A stretch of DNA of 27,264 nucleotides from a virus (lineage: Duplodnaviria; Caudoviricetes). The position numbers and the translations under genes were made by a program. The stretch is taken from positions 1 through 27,264 of the IMG/VR virus record IMGVR_UViG_3300009435_000042; one strand, 5' to 3'. Below the pieces are notes generated by a model. It ran no database searches. It saw only the letters and a program-made list of their open reading frames with translations, and was not told the origin of the DNA. Below, piece by piece: positions 1 to 8,154 of this stretch (within the stretch, counting starts at the first letter, position 1; every line of letters begins with the position of its first letter).

Positions 1-4
1 ATAG

Positions 5-436
5 ATGGCTCTAAGCTTTTATGATGACGGGAAAGTCATCTTCGGTGTGGCGAAGTTACGCACTTTTCATGATGGTCATCTCGGTGGCTCACAGGAAAAA
101 CTTGTGTATCTCCGCAATGCAGATGTCGGCAAGTACTACACAAATATCACTGTACACCTGGCTGTCACTAGTTACGAAGACGTCGGTGTGCTTGGTACAA
201 CTGGTTGGGGTGTGAAGTTTATCTACGGCGAACGACGTCCCACTGAAGACGAGTGGGACCAAGTGCGTGCTGGCGATGCTATTGCGCTTCCAGATATTGG
301 CAGTACTACTCTGGCTGATACTTCTACGTACCATCCTATCTGGGTACGCTCCTTCTGTCCTGGCGGGGAGCCAGCACAGTTGCGTGAGAATCAAACGATC
401 CAGGTCTTTAGATACGCACGCAATGTGGGCGCTTAA
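5..436 (+). CDS. Hypothetical phage protein (143 aa, beta-strand-rich, possibly structural)
   Basis: Open frame. Its stop overlaps the next start (TAATG at 434-438), typical of translational coupling. No family recognised. Confidence 0.75.
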   Translation: MALSFYDDGKVIFGVAKLRTFHDGHLGGSQEKLVYLRNADVGKYYTNITVHLAVTSYEDVGVLGTTGWGVKFIYGERRPTEDEWDQVRAGDAIALPDIGSTTLADTSTYHPIWVRSFCPGGEPAQLRENQTIQVFRYARNVGA

Positions 437-1326
437 TGTCCTTGCAAACTAAGATCCCAGACTTTGCTCTGAGTCGCGAATTCATTGATGGGTTATATAC
501 ACCAGAGCTGATTCCAGATCAGGTTGATTTGAGTAACTTCATTTCGGAAGTAGATGAGACGGAGAAGATCCAGGCTTCTTTGAATGCCAAGATCAATGCC
601 TCTGTTCCTACGAGCCAAACGCCCTCTGGGTCTTTAGTCCCACTGACTGAAGCGGAAGCCAAGGAAGCGGACTACCAAATCGAAGCAATGCTTGAGCGCA
701 TACAGTTAACGAGAGATAAGATCTCGTTGATCAAGTCTCGCCTAGATGATTCTATTTCGGCTGCCACTAGTGGTGGCGATGGTGGTGAACTGTCCTTCAA
801 GATGGATATCAGTCGCAAGCCACGTCTACGTCGGGCTATCAAAAGAATCTTTGGCAAGAAGACTGATAAGATTACCTATCGTATGTATAAGCAAATGCTA
901 GAGGCTAAAGCCAGCTTAGAGAAAGAGGAAGCCGGACTCTATACTAGCGGCGCTTCAAGCAAAGAGAAAGATGGCAAGAAAGACAAGAAGGATGGTAAGG
1001 ACAAAGAGAAGAAGAAGGATAAGGGGTTCTTGCAACGTAATGCTGACGAAGAAGAGTTAGATGATAGCGCTCAGAGCGAAGAAATGTACGAGCGGATGTT
1101 CCCTAAGATTGGTCGTGATTTCGTATACAAGGAAGACCTGAACAACATGATGGATGGCTTCCTAAGCTTCCTGGACCCCGATGGACTCGGACTCATTGGT
1201 GGAGACAGCCGGTCAGACGCAGAGGCTCGTAAGCGAGCCCTGGAGTACAAGAGCGTACTGGACTCAGGTAAAGATGGCTCTCAAATCTATAAAGATTTGA
1301 TTAAGCTTAACGAAGACGAGGAGTAA
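436..1326 (+). CDS. Hypothetical phage protein (296 aa, charged, coiled-coil segments, K/D-rich tract)
   Basis: Long ORF coupled to neighbours. Heptad-like segment EAEAKEADYQIEAMLERIQLTRDKISLIKSRL. Low-complexity KEKDGKKDKKDGKDKEKKKDK. Confidence 0.8.
   Translation: MSLQTKIPDFALSREFIDGLYTPELIPDQVDLSNFISEVDETEKIQASLNAKINASVPTSQTPSGSLVPLTEAEAKEADYQIEAMLERIQLTRDKISLIKSRLDDSISAATSGGDGGELSFKMDISRKPRLRRAIKRIFGKKTDKITYRMYKQMLEAKASLEKEEAGLYTSGASSKEKDGKKDKKDGKDKEKKKDKGFLQRNADEEELDDSAQSEEMYERMFPKIGRDFVYKEDLNNMMDGFLSFLDPDGLGLIGGDSRSDAEARKRALEYKSVLDSGKDGSQIYKDLIKLNEDEE
961..1023 (+). repeat. Low-complexity purine-rich tract encoding K/D/E/G repeats inside the 436..1326 gene
   Basis: aaagagaaagatggcaagaaagacaagaaggatggtaaggacaaagagaagaagaaggataag translates to KEKDGKKDKKDGKDKEKKKDK. 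Confidence 0.7.
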
Positions 1327-1328
1327 CC

Positions 1329-2825
1329 ATGGCTGTTAGCGTAGAAGATCCCCTAGCATATGAATGGCTGTCACTGCTCATTGATGCTTTTGAGAAGTCT
1401 GCTATAGAATCTGGAGAGCGAGAAGCCTTCCTGGTACTTGCGCATGGGCCACTGACTGGCATGGAGACTGCTTTAGATGGCAGTGAGTCAGTCCTCACGA
1501 AGGTGAAGACATCTCGGCAGCTCTTGCTTGATGAGAATGGGAACAGTGAGAAGCCAACACCAAAATCAATCATCGAGAAGAGCAACATCGACTTTGACAA
1601 AGATCTAACTGAGCTTTTTGGCGCAGAAGATAATCCAACTGCAAACTATATAGAAGAGTGCTTCGGGTGCGACCTGCGCCTCTCATTTGATTGGCAGCTA
1701 AAACCTTTGTCTCTCATGGGTCCAATCGATGCATTCCTTGATACAATCAATGCTGCGTTAGACGCTTTTAACCAGCGGCTCGATCCATTTGATATTCTAA
1801 AGCAGATTTGCTTTTTGATGAACCATTTGAAATTGCTCTGCCCTGCAGACTTGATTATGATCTTGTTGGCGCTGAAGATGCTGTTAAAGAAGTACTTGTT
1901 ACAGCTGTTCAATATTAAATTCGATTGGACTGTGCTGCTTGGCCCGCTCTTGAAATTCATTGTGGACTCCCTGGCTAGCTTGCTCGAACAGATTGCTCAA
2001 CTTATCTTGGCTCCAATTGACTGCGTACTGACGGGACTCAAGTCTGCCAATGCGCTATTCCACTCCTTGAATGACTTCCTTGGAACAGCCAAGGGATTCG
2101 GAGAGACAGTTGGTAGCGGTATAGCCAAGGGCGTAGCTGATCCTATTGGTGCTTTCGGCAAAACTACAAAGAACCTAGATGGCGATACCACCTTCCGTGA
2201 TAGCCAATGGATTAGCGAAGAAGATGGCAAAGACAAGAATGGTGTTCCAGATCTTGGCCGTCTTAAATCCAGAGACAGTAAGGGCGCAGATGGACAGCAA
2301 CCTGGCGTCAGTCTGTTTACTGGCTTCGAGCTGAAGAACGACATGACGCTTTCAAGCGCAATGTCTGATCCGGCATTTCCTCAAGCGACTTTTTTAGAGA
2401 ACCTGATCATCCCAGTACAAGAAGCACGTAACTGGATTAGGGAACTGTTCGATAATCTCATCCAAGCATTACGAAGCCTTAATGGCTTAGTCGGTGGTGG
2501 CCTCAAGTTGAATCTTGACTTCATGGGAATCTTGCTTTTCATCAAAGATATGATTGGATTAGTCATGATGATTATTCGTTTGCTCAAGAGCCACGGGAAC
2601 ATTGCTGACTGGTGTAGCTATCTAGAGCAGAACCCTGAGGTGTTGCAGCAAGCCTTGCGTGTAAGCTTTGGTCAAGGGGTAACCGTAGAGGCAGCTGGTG
2701 GCGATGCGGGGTTGCTTGTTCGTATGGGACCTGATATTGTAGGTAAAATTGAAACTTGTAGTGGCGCTCGTTCTGAGAACGATGCACAAATTATCAGCCA
2801 ATGGGTTGATGATCTAAAGCTTTAG
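1329..2825 (+). CDS. Hypothetical protein (498 aa) with hydrophobic/amphipathic helices and scattered cysteines
   Basis: SD-like GAGGAG just upstream (1318-1323). Segments LIMILLALKMLLKKYLLQLF and FMGILLFIKDMIGLVMMIIRLL. CFGC and other Cys residues. Confidence 0.8.
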   Translation: MAVSVEDPLAYEWLSLLIDAFEKSAIESGEREAFLVLAHGPLTGMETALDGSESVLTKVKTSRQLLLDENGNSEKPTPKSIIEKSNIDFDKDLTELFGAEDNPTANYIEECFGCDLRLSFDWQLKPLSLMGPIDAFLDTINAALDAFNQRLDPFDILKQICFLMNHLKLLCPADLIMILLALKMLLKKYLLQLFNIKFDWTVLLGPLLKFIVDSLASLLEQIAQLILAPIDCVLTGLKSANALFHSLNDFLGTAKGFGETVGSGIAKGVADPIGAFGKTTKNLDGDTTFRDSQWISEEDGKDKNGVPDLGRLKSRDSKGADGQQPGVSLFTGFELKNDMTLSSAMSDPAFPQATFLENLIIPVQEARNWIRELFDNLIQALRSLNGLVGGGLKLNLDFMGILLFIKDMIGLVMMIIRLLKSHGNIADWCSYLEQNPEVLQQALRVSFGQGVTVEAAGGDAGLLVRMGPDIVGKIETCSGARSENDAQIISQWVDDLKL

Positions 2826-2834
2826 GACGCATTG

Positions 2835-4601
2835 ATGAATCTTAAGTTAATCGAAATAGCACTAGAGTCCTTTGGTAGTACAACTAAGGACGCAACCATA
2901 CCTCAATCTACTCCTGCTCAGGTAAAGAAAGTACGAGACCGTACTATTGCTCATACGCATAGACACAGAGGCCAATGGTTTCGCCCAGAGTACGACTTTG
3001 ATGAAATCCAAATTGCAGCTGATGTCGACAGTTACTTGCTTCGAGCAATCAAAAAGAAGGTAGACCGTCTCTTCTTAGCAGGTCACGAGTTCGTATCTGA
3101 GAACGCAGATGCTCTGTCTTATATTAAGATGCGTATGGCCGAGATGCAAATGGCTACTAACAAGCCGTGGGCCCTGCTGGTTAAAGAGACAGCACGAGAT
3201 CTGATCCGTTTTAACAACTGCGCCTGGGTAAAGTCTAGAGACAAGAATAAGTCTGCTGGCAAGATGCGTAAAGACATTCGTGGCGTAGAGTTGGAACCCG
3301 TAGCAGGGTATCACCTGTTACCATTCGAAACTCTTCTCTTGAAGACTCGTTCGAATGGTGATTTAAAGAAGGTAATGCAGGCGCTGCCAGATGGCTCTCG
3401 GAAAGAGTTCGTTCCCGCAGACATCATTCACTTCTACTCTAACCGGAATCCTGGGTTCTCTGTAGGTACACCTGAACTACTGCCAGCCCTAGATGATATT
3501 GCTTTGCTACGTCGTATTGAAGAGAATGTGGAGGAGCTTATTGAAACGAATCTGTTCCCCGTGTTTCATTACAGCGTGGGCAGTGATGAATTCCCAGAGC
3601 GCTACGGCCCTGATGGCCGTAAGGAAACGGAGATCGTCAAGCAGACAATCGAGTACATGCCTAGTGGTGGCGTGTATGTGTCTGACCACAGACACAAGAT
3701 CCAGGCTATTGGATCAGAGTCGAAGGCATTGCGTATCGATTTCTATCTAACATACTTCAAAGCACGTGTGTTCTCCGCTATTGGTGTCAGTGGTGTAGAC
3801 ATGGGAGAAGGTGGCAGCGCTAATCGCAGCACTGCGTCGACTATGTCCAAAGCAATGATGATGGATGTCGAAGCAGTACAGGTGCTCCTCAAGACATTCA
3901 TTGACTTCTATGTCATTAACGAACTGCTCCTTGAAGGTGGGTTCAATCCTCTGGATGAAGCAGACCGTGTGCATATTAAGTTTGGTATCATCGACAAAGA
4001 AGAGCGCAACGCTTTCGAGAACCTTCAAACTCAGATGTTTAGCACTAAGATGATCACACAGACACACGCTAGGAAGAAGTTAGGTTACGCACCCATGACA
4101 CTAGAGGAGCAGGAGGATACCTATTACAAGCTATACGAAGAGCCGTTGGCTTTGGTTAAGAGCATGAGCCCTGGTAGCGCTGCAAGCGATACACTTGCAG
4201 ACATTCCTACCTCTCATATTCAAGCGAAGTCTGTGAATAAAGAGAAAGCGTTTGCAAAAGAAGCAGCAAAGACTTCCGCTGCCAGTAGTACGCAAGGGCG
4301 ACCATCTGCTGGTAGTTCCTCTGGTGCTAGAAAGTCTGGTGCGGCTAAGGCACGACCTAGCAATCAGAGTGGTACTCGCTCATCCGCGAAGCTTAATAGA
4401 GATATCGACTTGACCATTGGTGCCAACGCGTTTAGAATCAGTGTAGACCGCGCCATTGATGCTAAATGTATTGATACGTGGAAGTTATTTGTTGCAAATC
4501 GCTACGAAGACCTTGCGGATACCGGGGTCTCCTTTGGTACATTAGTTGAAAATCTAATACCTAGACTGTACAGGATGCATGAGGAATCATATGAGCAATA
4601 A
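2835..4601 (+). CDS. Portal protein
   Basis: Portal-like motifs: LIRFNNCAWVK, VAGYHLLPFETL, DIIHFYSNRNPGFSVGTPELLPALDDIALLRRIEENV, and late ITQTHARKKLGYAP. Lies just before the protease and capsid genes. AGGA at 2824-2827 favours ATG 2835 over the TTG 2832 in the ORF track. Confidence 0.85.
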   Translation: MNLKLIEIALESFGSTTKDATIPQSTPAQVKKVRDRTIAHTHRHRGQWFRPEYDFDEIQIAADVDSYLLRAIKKKVDRLFLAGHEFVSENADALSYIKMRMAEMQMATNKPWALLVKETARDLIRFNNCAWVKSRDKNKSAGKMRKDIRGVELEPVAGYHLLPFETLLLKTRSNGDLKKVMQALPDGSRKEFVPADIIHFYSNRNPGFSVGTPELLPALDDIALLRRIEENVEELIETNLFPVFHYSVGSDEFPERYGPDGRKETEIVKQTIEYMPSGGVYVSDHRHKIQAIGSESKALRIDFYLTYFKARVFSAIGVSGVDMGEGGSANRSTASTMSKAMMMDVEAVQVLLKTFIDFYVINELLLEGGFNPLDEADRVHIKFGIIDKEERNAFENLQTQMFSTKMITQTHARKKLGYAPMTLEEQEDTYYKLYEEPLALVKSMSPGSAASDTLADIPTSHIQAKSVNKEKAFAKEAAKTSAASSTQGRPSAGSSSGARKSGAAKARPSNQSGTRSSAKLNRDIDLTIGANAFRISVDRAIDAKCIDTWKLFVANRYEDLADTGVSFGTLVENLIPRLYRMHEESYEQ

Positions 4602-6774
4602 AGAGTTCGGCCTAAAAGACTACATCAGGATTGCACCTAATGAGTCGATTGAAGGCATGACTGACGCTGCAACGCTTACCTTCAAGGATGCGATTGTGGC
4701 TGGCCAACGTACACGTGGCCTTGTTGTCACCTTCGACCTAAGCCATAGTGGTCGCAAGATTAACAACCGCATCTACCCAGCATGGGGCCAGCGAGATGGC
4801 GCTAGCAGTTGGACTGAGCCCTTTGGGCGTCCTATCATTCTGGACCACGAGAACAAAGTAGAGAATACTATTGGTCGATTTATTAGCGTGGAATGGCAAT
4901 CTCTTGAAGCCGAAGCTATCGATCACCTTGGTGGACTCCAACCCTACCTGGAAGTAAAGCGTGCACTAGAGAGCAATGATGCTCAGCTAATCCACAAGGC
5001 TTACTCCAAGTACAATCTCTTTAACGATAAAGACTGGCCAGGCGTTGGTAAGCTTGTCGCTAAAGCACTCATCACGGATGTCAGCTCTCAAGAGCGCTTC
5101 TTAGATGGCCGCTACCTCACATTCAGTGCTGGTAGCCGAACGAATTCGTACACCTGTATGGCATGTGGAAGCTGTTGGCATGCTGGTGATATCTGCGATC
5201 ATAGACCGGGCCTCACAGATGAGGACGGTGTTACTGCGTATTTCTTGACTGGCTTGTTCTTAGGTGATGAAGGTTCCGTTGTGAACTCACCTGCCGACGT
5301 TGCTAGCCAGGTGCGCAATCTTGAAATGAGGGATCTTGAAATCCTTCATACTGATTCGGCCGATACAGCTTGGATGTATGTTGGTGCTGATGAAAACAAT
5401 TTTCTAATTACAGATTCCACGATGGAGGTGACTTCGATGTCAATCGAACTCAAAGACCTGATGGACCTTGAATTGGAGACTGTCGTAGACAAACTGGTTG
5501 ATGGCACGCTCGGTTATAATTTCAATGACCTTAGCGGAGACACCCATTCCGAGATTCAATGGTTAGTTCGTATTCATGATTCACTACACGGTAGGTATGA
5601 CCATACTGTTCGTGGTGAATATGGTGAAACAATTGATACTATTCCGACTGCAATCTTTGACCTTCATGGTAAAATCCACCAGATGTCTACTGATAAAAGT
5701 TTCCGAGACTCGTTAATCAACGGTGATCTAGACAACTATGATACAAAGGGAGCACCTAGCGCAGAGTACGCACTGCCATCACGCGCTACCGATTCTAGTG
5801 ATAGTCAAGGTCAGCAACTCAAAGAACTAAAGGATGAGATTATGGGCGTACTAAAAGAAGCTCTCTTGGACCAAACGGCCGAGAAGACTAGCGAGGCTCC
5901 CGATGCTGTCGCTGAAACGAAGATTGACGATACCGAGACACAAGTCACTGACACCAAAGAAACACCAGCACTGGAGACGGAAGTAACTCCAACTCTAGTC
6001 GATCAGATTCGAGACCTTCTTGGTCAGGAAGATGCGTCCGGTACGCTTGATGCAATCAAGTCTCTACTTGATGCTGCTCCAGACTTTGTAGATGATCAAG
6101 AAGTTGACTGGTATGTATTGGACCTAGCACTTGGTAGCCTAGTGGCTACGGATGCTCGACTGTCCGATGAAGCTCGCACTAAGCTAGCTGACAGTTCCTT
6201 CTGTGGACCCGAACGACAGTTCCCCGTCCATGATGCAGCTCACTACGAAGCTGCTAAACAGCTAATGGACCGCTACAGTGGCCCAGGTAACAAAGCTGCC
6301 ATTCTTGCTTGCGTTGAACGCAAAGCAAGTCAAATTCAACCTATCGAAACTGCTCCTCAAGATTCTTTGAAAGAAGATTACAAGGAAGCTTTGTTGCAGG
6401 TCGATGCCTTGAAAACCCAGTTAACCTCTGCATTGACAGCGCATGCAAAAGCTCTCAACGCAGAAGTTTCTCTAACAGATGAAGCTGCGGGACTTGATAA
6501 ATTAGTCCCATGGTTTGATAATATTGCTACAGCTAAAGATGATGATCTTGCAGCGCCCACGGGTACTACCGATCACATCAAGGAAGTATCCAATCCTTCA
6601 GAGGGTTCCTCAGAGGGAAAAGAGTCATCTAAAAAACTGAGCGATTATGCACAAAAGATCGTTACACAATTCAAACAAATTCGTGAACAAGATAGTGAAG
6701 AGGCTGCCATCGGCTGGTACAATCGTAACTGCCGCTACCTTCCCCCAACTTTCGACCTCACAAAGTATATTTAA
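4591..6774 (+). CDS. Prohead (capsid maturation) protease fused to an acidic scaffold-like region
   Basis: HK97/herpes-assemblin-type motifs: INNRIY, PIILDH (His 4846), IGR, FLDGRYLTFSAGS (Ser 5125), EGSVVNSPAD. Zn-ribbon-like CMACG...CDH. Long acidic C-terminal half. SD GAGGA at 4581-4585 favours ATG 4591 over 4579. Confidence 0.85.
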   Translation: MSNKEFGLKDYIRIAPNESIEGMTDAATLTFKDAIVAGQRTRGLVVTFDLSHSGRKINNRIYPAWGQRDGASSWTEPFGRPIILDHENKVENTIGRFISVEWQSLEAEAIDHLGGLQPYLEVKRALESNDAQLIHKAYSKYNLFNDKDWPGVGKLVAKALITDVSSQERFLDGRYLTFSAGSRTNSYTCMACGSCWHAGDICDHRPGLTDEDGVTAYFLTGLFLGDEGSVVNSPADVASQVRNLEMRDLEILHTDSADTAWMYVGADENNFLITDSTMEVTSMSIELKDLMDLELETVVDKLVDGTLGYNFNDLSGDTHSEIQWLVRIHDSLHGRYDHTVRGEYGETIDTIPTAIFDLHGKIHQMSTDKSFRDSLINGDLDNYDTKGAPSAEYALPSRATDSSDSQGQQLKELKDEIMGVLKEALLDQTAEKTSEAPDAVAETKIDDTETQVTDTKETPALETEVTPTLVDQIRDLLGQEDASGTLDAIKSLLDAAPDFVDDQEVDWYVLDLALGSLVATDARLSDEARTKLADSSFCGPERQFPVHDAAHYEAAKQLMDRYSGPGNKAAILACVERKASQIQPIETAPQDSLKEDYKEALLQVDALKTQLTSALTAHAKALNAEVSLTDEAAGLDKLVPWFDNIATAKDDDLAAPTGTTDHIKEVSNPSEGSSEGKESSKKLSDYAQKIVTQFKQIREQDSEEAAIGWYNRNCRYLPPTFDLTKYI
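5437..6774 (+). CDS. Putative nested in-frame scaffolding protein (445 aa) from an internal start
   Basis: GGAGGTGA (5424-5431) sits 5 nt before an in-frame ATG at 5437, right after the protease domain ends. Analogous to lambda C/Nu3. Confidence 0.55.
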   Translation: MSIELKDLMDLELETVVDKLVDGTLGYNFNDLSGDTHSEIQWLVRIHDSLHGRYDHTVRGEYGETIDTIPTAIFDLHGKIHQMSTDKSFRDSLINGDLDNYDTKGAPSAEYALPSRATDSSDSQGQQLKELKDEIMGVLKEALLDQTAEKTSEAPDAVAETKIDDTETQVTDTKETPALETEVTPTLVDQIRDLLGQEDASGTLDAIKSLLDAAPDFVDDQEVDWYVLDLALGSLVATDARLSDEARTKLADSSFCGPERQFPVHDAAHYEAAKQLMDRYSGPGNKAAILACVERKASQIQPIETAPQDSLKEDYKEALLQVDALKTQLTSALTAHAKALNAEVSLTDEAAGLDKLVPWFDNIATAKDDDLAAPTGTTDHIKEVSNPSEGSSEGKESSKKLSDYAQKIVTQFKQIREQDSEEAAIGWYNRNCRYLPPTFDLTKYI

Positions 6775-6787
6775 CTAGGAGTTAAAA

Positions 6788-8143
6788 ATGGCTATTAAGC
6801 GTCATAGTACAAACTTCAATCTGCGCGAGGATATCTTTGATTCCATCACCCCGAATAACGTGGTGCAGGAAGAGATTCGAGCGCCAGCCGGGGAATGGAA
6901 GCCTGCGGCTTGGCTGCCTGTCCAATATGAATCTACCAACATGACTGCTGGTACTGATGCATATGTGATTTCGAGCGGCAAGGTTGTAGCTTTTGATACC
7001 GATAACAAGATTGTTCCTGCTGGCTTGCGTACGCAACTCGGTGGTAATGCGCTAGCGGGTTCCTTCGCTGGCACTGTCCTCACCTACACGGCAACTGATG
7101 TCGCCTGGGGCGTCGTAGATCTTACGACTGGCTCTCGCGTCACCGCTGCTGTCTCTTACACTGGCGAACAACTTTGCGATGCTCTCATTGAGCGTGGCCT
7201 CGTCCGTGAAACCGATGCTACCGCTGCTGGTGCTACTGTACCTGTTGCTGCTGATGCAGATGTCGCTTTCGTTATCGACCTGTTTATCAGTCGTCCCGTT
7301 GGTATTGCTGCTTATGACGTTCACGTCTGGGGTGGCCTTGCTGAAGATGGCGATCAGTTCTTCACGAACTACAACAAACAGCACCTCATCATGTTCCTTA
7401 CGGAACTGCAGATGCAGGTTCCTCAACGTGTCGCTGGTTCGACCACGACTGATACGTTTGATGCAGCCACTTTGGCCGCTGGTACTACCTTTGCTGCTGG
7501 CTCTGCCATTGCTGCTGGTGAGTACTGGAGTAATGCGAACTTGATTCAGCTTGCTCGTTACCCTCTTGCTTCCGATACCGCTGTCGCTATCGGTCTTGCT
7601 CAGTCTAATGTTGCAAAAGAAACAGATCGTACTCCGTTGACCTGCGACCGTGCTGGCGTCCTTGTACGTCAACGCAAGTCTGCTGCTGATATTGCGAAAG
7701 AAGGTGATTACTTCCTCGACCACAAGGTTGGAGTCTTAGTCCTCTCGTCTGCTTCTTGGGCCACTCTTGTTGCTCTCGGCGCCGTGAATACAATCTTCTC
7801 CTACAGCTTCTACACCGATACCGGTGTCGCTGCGGCTCATCGACACATTCACTTTGATGGCCCTTGTCGTCCCGGTGACTTCGTTGTCTCTGACTCCGAG
7901 AGTAACTTTACTGTTGCTACTCCTGCTCAGGTTGCAGCTTCCGGCGAAATCGTTGGTCGAGTTCTGAATATTCAGGCTCAACCTATTCCTCTTCTCAATG
8001 AAGTCAAGACCGCTTGGCAACTTAGTGGTATGAGTGCCGCATCTCAGATGCCTGGTTCTGCTACTAAGGGCTTCACTGACCTCATCACCCTGTCTGGCGA
8101 AACGGTTGCTGATTCAGTAATCGTCGTCAACGTTCGCGTCTAA
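6788..8143 (+). CDS. Abundant head structural protein, probably capsid decoration/cement
   Basis: Between scaffold and capsid genes. SD AGGAG (6777-6781). Ala/Thr/Val/Gly-rich, with GCT/GGT-heavy codons like the capsid gene. Function inferred from position. Confidence 0.6.
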   Translation: MAIKRHSTNFNLREDIFDSITPNNVVQEEIRAPAGEWKPAAWLPVQYESTNMTAGTDAYVISSGKVVAFDTDNKIVPAGLRTQLGGNALAGSFAGTVLTYTATDVAWGVVDLTTGSRVTAAVSYTGEQLCDALIERGLVRETDATAAGATVPVAADADVAFVIDLFISRPVGIAAYDVHVWGGLAEDGDQFFTNYNKQHLIMFLTELQMQVPQRVAGSTTTDTFDAATLAAGTTFAAGSAIAAGEYWSNANLIQLARYPLASDTAVAIGLAQSNVAKETDRTPLTCDRAGVLVRQRKSAADIAKEGDYFLDHKVGVLVLSSASWATLVALGAVNTIFSYSFYTDTGVAAAHRHIHFDGPCRPGDFVVSDSESNFTVATPAQVAASGEIVGRVLNIQAQPIPLLNEVKTAWQLSGMSAASQMPGSATKGFTDLITLSGETVADSVIVVNVRV

Positions 8144-8154
8144 TAGGAGTTCCT

